A stretch of DNA of 64,000 nt from Candidatus Latescibacterota bacterium (GCA_965203805.1 OZ241917.1:832001-896000); one strand, 5' to 3'; shown: positions 37,001 to 45,156, numbered from the stretch's first letter. Program-made: numbers and translations. Notes: generated from the letters alone by a model not told the origin.

Positions 37001-37484
37001 TACTGCCGAGGTATCCGACTTTTGGATTGATGGGATCCGGCCGGAACAGCATGTACAGCTTGGCATGGAGCGGATCTCTGAGGAAGAGTTTGACAACGAC
37101 CTTGTTGGCCTTGATCTGTTTTGACAATCTGCGAAGCCCAGCCTCGTCTTTATTGTTTGGTGCTCCGATGACCAACTGATCCCTGAATTCTTCCGCGAGC
37201 CGTTTCTTCAGCCGAAGCGCGGTCTGATTGTCGAGTTTTGCATCCCGAGAGATCAGACTCCTGGCGAGTCGAAATTCCTCGTGCGGCAAGCGGTGCATGC
37301 CCACCAGCAAGCGGCAACAATGCCCCTCCCCACCCTTCCATTTTTCGACGTATTCGTCGATATTCCGCCACCCGCGCAGGTTGAAGTAGCCCACACAGAA
37401 ATCCGCACGTTCGGAAACCTCCATCGTCTCCTGAAGTGCAGGAAGAAGCGGCTGTTCAATATTGTCGAAAATACGCGGCATCAA
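34098..37484 (-). CDS. Phospholipase D-type nuclease plus SNF2-like SF2 helicase (putative restriction subunit)
   Basis: LHAKLY...GSSNLT (HKD-type); GDVVGLGKT; IDESHN; LSATP; SEGQNLQ; QRAGRVDRIG. Confidence 0.92.
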   Translation of the reverse strand: MMPRIFDNIEQPLLPALQETMEVSERADFCVGYFNLRGWRNIDEYVEKWKGGEGHCCRLLVGMHRLPHEEFRLARSLISRDAKLDNQTALRLKKRLAEEFRDQLVIGAPNNKDEAGLRRLSKQIKANKVVVKLFLRDPLHAKLYMLFRPDPINPKVGYLGSSNLTQSGLSRQGELNVDVMDHDACAKLAQWFEDRWNDRWCIDISEELAQIIDESWAGPRLIPPYHIYVKMAYHLSQEARAGLTEFRIPNDFGSKLLDFQVAAVKIAAHHLNKRGGVIIGDVVGLGKTLMATALARVFEDDHGVATLIICPKNLVAMWEDYRDEYRLRARVLSISQAINRLPDMRRYRLVVIDESHNLRNREGKRYRAIQEYIRENESKCILLSATPYNKTYQDLSNQIRLFVREDEDLGIRPERLLREMGETEFIRRHQADVRSLAAFEQSEYADDWRELMRLYLVRRTRSFIQENYATLDPANGRRYLTFEDGSRSYFPVRVPRTVGFEIDNQYARLFDDNVVSSINGLELPRYGLANYLAASVAPPPSSAEDRILQDLSRAGRRLMGFCRTNLFKRLESSGHSFLLSIERHVLRNFIFIHAIENGLDLPIGTTDAGILDPQSYDEDADGAAGDIFDEGEDEGGQNQTEHSLRTEEEFRRHATRVYTDYAERYRSRFRWLSPRHFGESLLQSLLSDTKTLREMLEDFGQWNPSLDAKLVALQEILADKHPRDKVLVFTQFADTVHYLERQLRDGGVERLSGVTGGSADPTQLAWRFSPRSNEKGGQTAADEELRVLVATDVLSEGQNLQDCAIVVNYDLPWAIIRLIQRAGRVDRIGQSAQDILCYSFLPAEGIERVIRLRARVRQRLGENAEVVGTDEAFFEDDDTRSVVDLYNEQTGILDGDDDSEVDLASYAYQIWKNATTADQALEKKVEEMPDVVHTSKAASSKENQQAGVLVYMRTTQDNDALSWMDRKGDSVTESQFEILRAAECKPDTPALPRHEKHHNLVGKAAERIAREENQVGGQLGRPSGARFRTYERLKNYAESVEGTLFDTQQLRRAVGEIYRYPLRQSTVDKLNRQLRSGISDEDLASVVIEIWEDGRLCVVHEDDEPQEPRIICSMGLVDYENREKTRKE

Positions 37485-37544
37485 GAACCCTCGCTACGTA
37501 TGGGGATCGCAATCGCTTTTCACCTCGGGAATCGGGCAATACCA

Positions 37545-37573
37545 GATATAGGTAAGAATGCGCCGCGTGTCAA
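37545..37573 (-). promoter_or_regulatory. Putative sigma70 promoter of the helicase operon
   Basis: TTGACA-N17-TATATC about 60 bp upstream of the helicase start. Confidence 0.5.
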
Positions 37574-37780
37574 CCGGGCAGTGATACGCCCCGCATTCCC
37601 AAATGATATTAAACTGTTGATAACAAGCTGTTTAATCTGTTTATTCGAGGCTTCTTTCTGTGTCACGCAGTGTCCTTCATGCTGCGGTATCCTATGCGAC
37701 AAAAAGGAAAAACCCCTTTTCGGGCGAATCATCTACACGTTACCTTGAAACGGCTTTCACGGTAGGGTTCGATCGGAAAC

Positions 37781-37820
37781 ACAAAAATGGCCATTCAAAC
37801 AGAAAGTCAGAATGGCCATT
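37781..37820 (-). terminator. Rho-independent terminator, diverged copy of the tRNA-Gly trailer
   Basis: TGGCCATTC...GAATGGCCA stem plus TTTTT; homologous to 42124-42163. Confidence 0.75.
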
Positions 37821-37895
37821 GTCGGCCGCGAAGAAAAAAGTTAAATCCGTGGAATTGCAGGATTAGCGCAACCCACTTTATCGCTCATTTCAACA

Positions 37896-38123
37896 TTAAT
37901 TCAATCCACTCATTACATCTTGCCTAGCCATATCGATAAGGTGTTTCTCTGGATTTTCTCGAAGGACCATTAACATGCCAACATAGGCTACATCTGTCGC
38001 AGCGTATCTGAATCGATTTGCAGGTCTGTTATCCCGAAACACCCTATAAAACGCAGATTCACCGTATGAAATCAGCCGAATTTCGTATTCTTGATTGTCG
38101 TGTTCGAATTTCTCGACGGTCAT
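37896..38123 (-). CDS. Small hypothetical protein
   Basis: 75 aa from ATG 38123 with GGAGG upstream. Confidence 0.55.
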   Translation of the reverse strand: MTVEKFEHDNQEYEIRLISYGESAFYRVFRDNRPANRFRYAATDVAYVGMLMVLRENPEKHLIDMARQDVMSGLN

Positions 38124-38314
38124 TTTGGCCTCCGTATTTTGACGGCGTGAAATCTGTTGTCTTCGCGACCCACATTGTACTATAACGATTCCGGCGGAAT
38201 TTGCAAGTCGATTCAACGAAATAATCGGCATGAGAACCGGTACGTCTGTGTTTTCATCCCCATCCAGTTTTCTTTAGACAGTCGCTACGCCGTCAAGCCT
38301 GGCTGTGCGTATTG

Positions 38315-38767
38315 TCAGCCGCTGCTTCTGTCGAACTCAAGCCTGCCGGCCTGTTGATAGAGTTCGGCCAATGCCCCTTCGGCCTCTTCGTAGATCTCTC
38401 GCAGCTTTCGGTTTTTCCGGATCAGTGGATGGCTTCCGATGAATTGATAGATGTAGTCCACCGCGACGGACGCTCGATCCATGAGCTCGAAATAATGGCC
38501 GTCGTTTATTGGCATTTCCGAATCGTCGGGCAACAGAGTTGATCCACCGTCTCTCTGCTCTTCTTCAAGTATGGGTAAACGGAACGCCCGAAGGAAATAC
38601 CTTATGTCTTCTCGTAACTCCTCGGGGGATTCACCCAGCGGTTCGACCGGTTCTTCCGTCCATTTCTCTATGCTTCCGTCCTCGCCGTAATAAACCTCGT
38701 GGACGTGATACGTCACCGAGTCGGTTTCGGTATGGCGGTTCCGGATGACCCTGTAGTTCCACGTCAT
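38315..38767 (-). CDS. Hypothetical protein (MTWNYRV...HEVYY type)
   Basis: 150-aa ORF with purine-rich RBS; no assignable function. Confidence 0.75.
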   Translation of the reverse strand: MTWNYRVIRNRHTETDSVTYHVHEVYYGEDGSIEKWTEEPVEPLGESPEELREDIRYFLRAFRLPILEEEQRDGGSTLLPDDSEMPINDGHYFELMDRASVAVDYIYQFIGSHPLIRKNRKLREIYEEAEGALAELYQQAGRLEFDRSSG

Positions 38768-38835
38768 CTCTTTTCTCCCGTGACGGCTCGGGTGACGAAC
38801 GGCCGGTTAATCGCTCTTATATACGATCATCTTCA

Positions 38836-38983
38836 TCAGCCGCCACGTGGTTACGTGTCCCGCGGCATCCTGCCCGAGGGACGATCCGGGCCCGATCGAG
38901 AGTCAGGGACTTTCAGGAGCTTGCTGCCCTCGACAATCGAGTCGTACGCCGGGATGGTCGGGCAGCGCTTCAACCGGCGACTG
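38836..38983 (-). pseudogene. Diverged remnant of the Gfo/Idh/MocA oxidoreductase (internal piece plus 3' end)
   Basis: PVEALPDHP and YDSIVEGSKLLKVPDSRSG..GRMP versus PIESLPDHP and HDSIEAGSTPLKVPDFRPG..GGMP in 39675-40868. Confidence 0.75.
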
Positions 38984-39006
38984 GAATTGGTCCGCAATGC
39001 TTCTTT

Positions 39007-39405
39007 CTACAGGTGGCGAACATCGGGCAGGGCGGCCATCTTTTGGTCGAGCGTGAGGACTTGCATTCCAGCGCGTGAATAGTCGTCGGCGATGAGCCGG
39101 TCAAACAGGCCGGCGCCGCCGGAAGCATGAAGGGCTTCGATAACCGAGCGCCCGTTCAGGGGGGAGACCAGGCCGCTGCCCAGCGCGTCGAGCAAAGAGG
39201 TTCGGGCATCGGCTTTCGATACGCCATAGTGGTGCTGTACCGCCACGTAGGACTCTCCGACGACCTGGTTTGAAACGAAGATTTCATGGCCGTGCTCACG
39301 GACCAGCGCGCCAAGTTTGCTTACGCAATACACGAAGTGTTCTTCCGGATCTCTGGTGAGCAACCGCACGAGGACTGACGTGTCAATCCCGAAGCGACGG
39401 GTCAT
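39007..39405 (-). CDS. PIN-domain (VapC-like) toxin
   Basis: GIDTSVLVRLL, VVGESY, FDRLIA, LTLD; overlaps the antitoxin stop. Confidence 0.9.
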   Translation of the reverse strand: MTRRFGIDTSVLVRLLTRDPEEHFVYCVSKLGALVREHGHEIFVSNQVVGESYVAVQHHYGVSKADARTSLLDALGSGLVSPLNGRSVIEALHASGGAGLFDRLIADDYSRAGMQVLTLDQKMAALPDVRHL

Positions 39406-39625
39406 ACGATTTCTCCCGGAATTTCTGGAGATCAAACGTCCCACGTCCGCGCCGGATCTTGTCGCGCAGCGTACCGAGACGGGAAAGATCAATTCGTCTG
39501 GGCTTCAGCGCGAACCCGTCGGGACCTTCTACGATCTCGAGCTGGTCGCCCGGGCCTACCCCCAGAGCGTCCAGCACACGCGCAGGAAAGGTGACCTGGC
39601 GTTTTGACGTGATTTTGACAATCAT
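39383..39625 (-). CDS. AbrB/MazE/SpoVT antitoxin (VapB-like)
   Basis: MIVKITSKRQVTFP; GGAGGT RBS; upstream of PIN gene. Confidence 0.9.
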   Translation of the reverse strand: MIVKITSKRQVTFPARVLDALGVGPGDQLEIVEGPDGFALKPRRIDLSRLGTLRDKIRRGRGTFDLQKFREKSYDPSLRD

Positions 39626-39634
39626 GACGCACCT

Positions 39635-39673
39635 CCTTACTATTAATATAATAAAGTAAGGCAAACAGGTCAA
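39635..39673 (-). promoter_or_regulatory. TA promoter with overlapping autoregulatory operator
   Basis: TTGACC-N17-TATATT; inverted repeat CCTTACT-N13-AGTAAGG (39635-39661) spans the -10. Confidence 0.75.
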
Positions 39674-39674
39674 G

Positions 39675-40868
39675 TCAGTCGCCACCCAACTCCATGCCCC
39701 CCGGCATCCCCCCCGCCCGGCGTTGCGAGCCCGGGCGAAAGTCGGGGACCTTCAGGGGCGTGCTCCCCGCCTCGATCGAATCGTGCGCTCTGATTGCGGG
39801 CGCGATGGTGTCCATGGCCGTGTACACGTCCAGGGGAAGCGGCTTTCCCTCCCGCACGGCGTCTCTGAAGTGAAGGTGAACGTAATAGTCGGCGTCGCCG
39901 TGGCCGCTGCCCCGGGACCCTGAAGGGGCATCCCTGCGCTGGTACTGCCAGTCCACCTCCGCCCAATCGTTCATCTGAGTATCGGCAAGCCACATCTTCG
40001 GCTTCTCGTCGAGCGACCGGCGCCACTCGATACCGCCCTCGGTGCCGATGAACTGCCACCAGTGGTGGTCGCCTTGCGGCCTGGGCTGGGTAAACCCGCA
40101 CAGCATCCGGATCACTGTGTCCTTCTCCGTCTTCATCAACGCGACCTGTATGTCCGGACGAGAGATCTCAGGGAAGGCGTAGCTGGGCTCGTTCGTGCTC
40201 ATTCCCACCACCTCGACGACCCGATCGTCGAGCACATTCAGAACCACACTCATATCGTGAGAACCGATGCCGCCGATGATTGTGGGTAGCGTGTGCAGCA
40301 CCGTCGGTTCGGCCTCGGGATGATCGGGCAGCGATTCGATGGGATACTGCTTACCCGTCTTGAAATCCTGGAAATACTGATGCGTGCCGTACCACCCCAC
40401 GTACTGGCCCTCGGCGTAGGTAATCCTGCCCAGCCGTCCCTGTCCTACGAGTTGCCGCCAGCCCTCCACAACCCCCCAGTACCGCGTCTGCTCGGCCAGG
40501 CTGTATACCAGCCCCGTCCGCTCCACGTTGGTGACGATTCGCCAACAGTCCGACATCGCGTACGCCGCGGGCACCTCGGAGTTCACGTGTTTTCCCGCCT
40601 CCAGCGCCCGCGCGGCCATCTCCCCGACTTCCTTCTGCCTCACACACAGACCCACCGCATCCGTCCCGTCGAACGCGAGGAAATCCTCATAATCGGAGAA
40701 CACGTTCACATCATCGCCGTCGCGGATGTGTCCCAGCGCACGCTCCTGCAGGGGTTCGATCCAGTCATAGATCGCCGTAATCCGGTACCCCGGGATCTCC
40801 TGCAACAGTCGAATCCAGTTCAGGGCGCGGTGGCCCAGCCCGGCGATCCCGATTCGCACGTTGTCCAT
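39675..40868 (-). CDS. Gfo/Idh/MocA-family oxidoreductase
   Basis: RIGIAGLGHR, AGKHVNSEVPA, GHGDADY; start trimmed to ATG 40868. Confidence 0.9.
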   Translation of the reverse strand: MDNVRIGIAGLGHRALNWIRLLQEIPGYRITAIYDWIEPLQERALGHIRDGDDVNVFSDYEDFLAFDGTDAVGLCVRQKEVGEMAARALEAGKHVNSEVPAAYAMSDCWRIVTNVERTGLVYSLAEQTRYWGVVEGWRQLVGQGRLGRITYAEGQYVGWYGTHQYFQDFKTGKQYPIESLPDHPEAEPTVLHTLPTIIGGIGSHDMSVVLNVLDDRVVEVVGMSTNEPSYAFPEISRPDIQVALMKTEKDTVIRMLCGFTQPRPQGDHHWWQFIGTEGGIEWRRSLDEKPKMWLADTQMNDWAEVDWQYQRRDAPSGSRGSGHGDADYYVHLHFRDAVREGKPLPLDVYTAMDTIAPAIRAHDSIEAGSTPLKVPDFRPGSQRRAGGMPGGMELGGD

Positions 40869-40879
40869 TTCGAGAATCC

Positions 40880-41956
40880 TTACACTGAACCGGAAACCCG
40901 AACCGGGCCGACGAACAGATCGTCCGGCAGCAGGCTCGAGGTCACGACTGAATGGGGGTGGTTGAAGCCATCGGTGGTGACCTGGGCCATTGCCGTGTAA
41001 TGCGTGCTTTCTCCGCTCACGCCGCAGCGATTTCCGCCGCTGTGCCCTCTGAGCCATTTGGGATCGACCAATAGCTCGCCCTTCCACTTCCCCCGCGTCG
41101 CCAGCAGATGCCCGAAACGAGCGATATCCGAGGGGCTCATCACGACCCACCCCGGACCGCTTCGCACCACGTGACCGTTGATTTCATAGGGCGGATCGAG
41201 ATAGGTATAGGAATCCGGTATGTCGGGATAAAAGTACTTGTTTTCACTCACCGTACGGCCGGTGTACCAGTCCCACCGCCCGGCAGGAATCCCGATCTTG
41301 CCGAACAGCCGCTCGTCCAGCAGGTCTTTCAGGTCGCGGTCCCAGACGAACGTCAGCGCCTGGCCCAGCCGCCAGAATCCGGCGCTGCTGTAGCGTTCTT
41401 TCGTGCCCGGCTTCACGTGCGAATAGAGGTCATAAAACGGATCGCCGGTCCAAGTTGCCCACTCGGGGCGCCCTTCGCGTCCCTGCGCCCATGCGCTTCC
41501 CAATTCCATGGGAAACCCTCCCAGATGCGCGCTGCGGTCCTTCGCTCCGATGAGGTGGCGCCAGGTGAGCGTCCGGTGGTGTCCGCGGTTCAGATATTTG
41601 TGTGGATGCGATAGCTCCCCCTCTCCCGTCCAGGTCCTGTGGATCGGCTCATCAGGATCCAGTATCCCGTCTTCCACGGCATACCCGATCAGCACCCACA
41701 TGAACGCCTTGCCCATCGACGCCGTCTGAAACCGGTAGTGCCGGTCGCCCCAGACATGCACGAGGTAGCCTCCGCGCGTGAGGACCGTGCCCCACTTGTC
41801 ACCGGTATGATCCTCGCCGCCGAACGACGCGCCCTTGATGTTCAGTCCCGACAGAAAGCGTTCGAACGCTTCGGCGTCCAATCCGGCGTCGGCCGGCGTG
41901 ATCGTGATCCAGTCATCGGCGGGATAGGTTACCCAATCCGGGATCTCGTGTTTCAC
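40880..41956 (-). CDS. Beta-lactamase-like serine hydrolase
   Basis: ASMGK (SxxK), YSS, DIARFGHLL..RGKWKG. Confidence 0.8.
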   Translation of the reverse strand: MKHEIPDWVTYPADDWITITPADAGLDAEAFERFLSGLNIKGASFGGEDHTGDKWGTVLTRGGYLVHVWGDRHYRFQTASMGKAFMWVLIGYAVEDGILDPDEPIHRTWTGEGELSHPHKYLNRGHHRTLTWRHLIGAKDRSAHLGGFPMELGSAWAQGREGRPEWATWTGDPFYDLYSHVKPGTKERYSSAGFWRLGQALTFVWDRDLKDLLDERLFGKIGIPAGRWDWYTGRTVSENKYFYPDIPDSYTYLDPPYEINGHVVRSGPGWVVMSPSDIARFGHLLATRGKWKGELLVDPKWLRGHSGGNRCGVSGESTHYTAMAQVTTDGFNHPHSVVTSSLLPDDLFVGPVRVSGSV

Positions 41957-41989
41957 GATGCGGTTCCTTCCGACAGAAAGATCGCGAGG

Positions 41990-42082
41990 CGGGCAGACAG
42001 GAATGTCCGCCTGCCTGCGCAGCGAACTGCCTGCCTGTGCGTGTACGCCTGCCTGCGCAGTGCCCTGCGCTGCAGGCAGGCC
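41990..42082. repeat. Nested REP-like cluster (GGCAGACAGGAATGTCCGCC plus CCTGCCTGCGCAG units)
   Basis: Three GCCTGCCTG units closed by CAGGCAGGC; 42046-42071 matches 15007-15032 in reverse complement at 24 of 26 positions. Confidence 0.7.
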
Positions 42083-42123
42083 CCACCCTCAAACTTGCTA
42101 CCGTGTACACGTCATTTCCACCA

Positions 42124-42163
42124 ACAAAAACGGCCATTCAAACGTGAAAGTTAAATGGCCATT
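42124..42163 (-). terminator. Rho-independent terminator after tRNA-Gly
   Basis: GGCCATTT...GAATGGCC stem plus TTTTT, about 25 bp beyond the CCA end. Confidence 0.75.
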
Positions 42164-42189
42164 GTCCGGGCAGCAAAAGTGGAATTTTA

Positions 42190-42265
42190 TGGAGCGGGAA
42201 ACGGGACTCGAACCCGCGACTTCAAGCTTGGGAAGCTTGCGCTCTACCAGCTGAGCTATTCCCGC
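42190..42265 (-). tRNA. tRNA-Gly(CCC)
   Basis: GCGGGAATAGCTCAGCTGGTAGAGCGCAAGCTTCCCAAGCTTGAAGTCGCGGGTTCGAGTCCCGTTTCCCGCTCCA, 76 nt cloverleaf with encoded CCA. Confidence 0.97.
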
Positions 42266-42295
42266 CCCCGTTAATCGTGAAATCTACCAACTCCC

Positions 42296-43237
42296 TCAGA
42301 GGGTGTCAAGAATTTTGAGAATGGCGTCGGGCGCGCCGTCTTCGTTTGCATCGATCCACGTCAGCCGGCGGTCCTTGCGAAACCACGTGAGCTGTCGTTT
42401 GGCGTACCGCCTGGTACCCATCTTGATTTGCGCCGCGGTTTCTGCCAGGTCCAGTTTCCCGTCCAGATAGTCGAACACCTCGCGGTATCCGAACGTATTG
42501 AGCGCGTTGAGTTCCGGACCGTAACCGCGGCCCTGCAGTTCACGGACTTCGTCGACGAGCCCGGAATTGAACATCGCGTCGACCCGTTCTTCGATCCTCC
42601 GGTACAGTAAGGACCTGTCCATCTTCAGTCCGAACCGCGCCACGCACCAGTTTCTCCCGGTTGGCGGGGGCTGCTCGTGAAGCACCGAGAGCGGCGTTCC
42701 CGTCAGCTCGAGAACTTCAAGCGCGCGCACGATACGTTTGGTATCGTTGGCGTGCAGGCGTTCGGCCGTTCGCGGGTCGACGCCGCGCAACCGGGCGTAG
42801 ATTCCGGCCGGATCTTCGTCCGCTTCGGCCATCAGACGCCTCCGGACCGCGCGCGGCGTGCGCGGCAGCGGCGAAAAACCGTCGAGGACCGCCTTCAGAT
42901 AAAGGCCCGACCCCCCCACGAGGACGGGGATCCGGTTTCGATCCAGAATCGACTCGATTGCCTCGCAAGCGTCGCTGGCAAAATGCCCGGCGCTAAAGTC
43001 TTCGTCGGGGTTCACCACGTCGATCATGTGGTGTTTCGCAAGGGCACGCTCTTCCACCGTGGGTTTGGCCGTACCGATGTCCATATGCCGGTAGACCTGG
43101 CGTGCGTCCGCGGAGACCACTTCACCGCCGATCGCCCTCGCCAGGGCGATGCCAACCCGGGTCTTGCCGGATGCGGTGGGGCCCACGAGCGCCAGTATTC
43201 GGCGGCGCCTATCTGCTGAATTGCCGGTCGATTTCAT
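42296..43237 (-). CDS. miaA: tRNA dimethylallyltransferase
   Basis: GPTASGKT, MDIGTAKP, GGSGLY, TRRYAKRQLTWF. Confidence 0.96.
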   Translation of the reverse strand: MKSTGNSADRRRRILALVGPTASGKTRVGIALARAIGGEVVSADARQVYRHMDIGTAKPTVEERALAKHHMIDVVNPDEDFSAGHFASDACEAIESILDRNRIPVLVGGSGLYLKAVLDGFSPLPRTPRAVRRRLMAEADEDPAGIYARLRGVDPRTAERLHANDTKRIVRALEVLELTGTPLSVLHEQPPPTGRNWCVARFGLKMDRSLLYRRIEERVDAMFNSGLVDEVRELQGRGYGPELNALNTFGYREVFDYLDGKLDLAETAAQIKMGTRRYAKRQLTWFRKDRRLTWIDANEDGAPDAILKILDTL

Positions 43238-45041
43238 CGAGGGACATCTTCACCACGGTGGGTTTTCCGTTCGGGCAGACAAACGGTTCCCTGGTGGCGA
43301 ACAGCCGATCGATCAGCGCACGCATCTCCCTGGAAGAGAGTCGCTCTCCCGTTCGGATGGCCGTGTGCCGGGCGTAGGCGGCCGCCAATCGATGCTCGAG
43401 CGGAGACACAACGTCCCGGCGCCCCGCGGGGACCGAAGACCGGAACTCCGCGTCGGTCAGATCGTCCACAATCTCCTGAAGAAGCCGACCGTCTTCCCAT
43501 GCCTTGAGCTCCACCGGAATGGCATCCACAACCACGGTATTCCCGCCGAAATCCCGTACGCCGAAACCCATGGCTTCAAGCAGCGGCATCGCCTCCCGCA
43601 CGGCATGAATCTGAGCCAGACCGAAGTCAAGCGTGACCGGAAACAGGAGTCGCTGGCCCAGTCCGGCGTTTGCTTCGAAGGAATTCAGCGTCTGTTCGTA
43701 GATCATCCGCTGGTGAGCCAGGTGCTGATCGACGATAATCAGGCCGTTCTTGATATGTGCAAGGATATATTTGTCGTGTACCTGCCAGACCGAGACCTGA
43801 TCGACGGTTCCATCGTCCGTCAGGTCGGCGCCGTCTTCTCCGGCCGCGCGTTCATCGCTTCCCTCCTCCGTTTTCCTTACGGTCAGGGAAAGCGCCATCT
43901 GCACGTCTTCAAGACCCAGAGGATCCGGAAGATAGGCCTCCCGCTCCGCGGGCGCATCAGCGACGCGTCCTGCCGGTTCCGGTGCCGCGGACGATGAGCC
44001 GTTTGTCAGAATCGCGGACGAAGCGAATCCGCTGTCCACCTCCGGCACCAGGTCTTCCTCCCTCAATCCCGCACGCACGACTTCCGAAACCGCTTCGTAG
44101 ACCATTGACTCGTCCGCAAAACGCACCTCGCGTTTGGTCGGATGCACATTGACATCGAGTCGGGAAGGATCCAGCTCAAGGAGCAGCGCAAAGGCGGGAT
44201 GGAAGCCCTTCACGAGCAATCCACCAAAGCCGTCGTGCACGGCGTGCGCCACCGACCGATCGCGCACCCACCGCCCGTTGACCACCGTTGCCTGCTGGGC
44301 GCCCGACTTCCGCGCCAGTTCCGGTCTCCCGGCGAACCCCCAAACCCGAATCCCATGCCGCTCACCGTCCAGGAAAACGGCGTCGCGGCCCATTTGAACC
44401 CCGAATACAGCCTCAAGACGATCCTGGCGTTCCGCCCGTACCAGGTTCAGGATTTCACGCCCGTTGTGAGAAAGTACGAATGCAACGGATGGATACGCCA
44501 GTGCCAGGCCCGTCAGAGCGTTCGCCACGTGTTTGAATTCGGTGTCAGCGCCTTTCAGGAACTTCCGTCTTGCCGGTACATTGAAAAACAGGCCGTGAAC
44601 GGCGACGGTTGTTCCCCGGTCGCGGCCTGTGGACGCGACGTCGCGCACCCGTCCGCTTTCCACGCGGACAAGCGTCCCCTGAAGTTCCTCTCCATGGCGC
44701 GTCTCGATTGCCATTCGGGACACGGCCGCGATACTTGGGAGGGCCTCACCGCGAAACCCCAGCGTACGCAGCGCGCGCAAATCGGAGAGATCCGAGATCT
44801 TGCTCGTCGCGTGCCGTTCCAGGGCAAGCAACGCGTCGTCGGGCGACATCCCGCACCCGTTGTCGCTGACCCGTATGGACTCCTTCCCGCCGCCGGCCAC
44901 TTCAACCACAACTCGGTCCGCGCCCGCGTCGATGGCGTTTTCCACCAGTTCCTTCACCACGGAGCCCGGTCGCTCCACGGCTTCACCCGCGGCGATCCGA
45001 TTGGCGATTTCGTCGGATAGAACTCGAATCCGGTTGGGCAT
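43209..45041 (-). CDS. mutL: DNA mismatch repair protein MutL
   Basis: IAAGE.VERP.SVVKELVEN, TLGFRGEAL, DVNVHPTK; start trimmed to ATG 45041. Confidence 0.96.
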   Translation of the reverse strand: MPNRIRVLSDEIANRIAAGEAVERPGSVVKELVENAIDAGADRVVVEVAGGGKESIRVSDNGCGMSPDDALLALERHATSKISDLSDLRALRTLGFRGEALPSIAAVSRMAIETRHGEELQGTLVRVESGRVRDVASTGRDRGTTVAVHGLFFNVPARRKFLKGADTEFKHVANALTGLALAYPSVAFVLSHNGREILNLVRAERQDRLEAVFGVQMGRDAVFLDGERHGIRVWGFAGRPELARKSGAQQATVVNGRWVRDRSVAHAVHDGFGGLLVKGFHPAFALLLELDPSRLDVNVHPTKREVRFADESMVYEAVSEVVRAGLREEDLVPEVDSGFASSAILTNGSSSAAPEPAGRVADAPAEREAYLPDPLGLEDVQMALSLTVRKTEEGSDERAAGEDGADLTDDGTVDQVSVWQVHDKYILAHIKNGLIIVDQHLAHQRMIYEQTLNSFEANAGLGQRLLFPVTLDFGLAQIHAVREAMPLLEAMGFGVRDFGGNTVVVDAIPVELKAWEDGRLLQEIVDDLTDAEFRSSVPAGRRDVVSPLEHRLAAAYARHTAIRTGERLSSREMRALIDRLFATREPFVCPNGKPTVVKMSLDEIDRQFSR

Positions 45042-45156
45042 GCCGAGATGTCTGCCTTTGCGCATTGCCTGCGAAGATATGAGCTGACTCGGTTCAGAAC
45101 CGCGTTCGCCGCGCCCCGGAATCCCGGTAGACAGGAGCGCGAAACCCCCGGCCTGC

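Noticed and set aside
28953-37484. Calling the locus DISARM or BREX
   Set aside because: No DrmA/DrmB-like or PglZ/BrxC-like partner seen
13140-42189. Prophage or integron
   Set aside because: No structural phage genes, no integrase and no consistent attC-like sites seen
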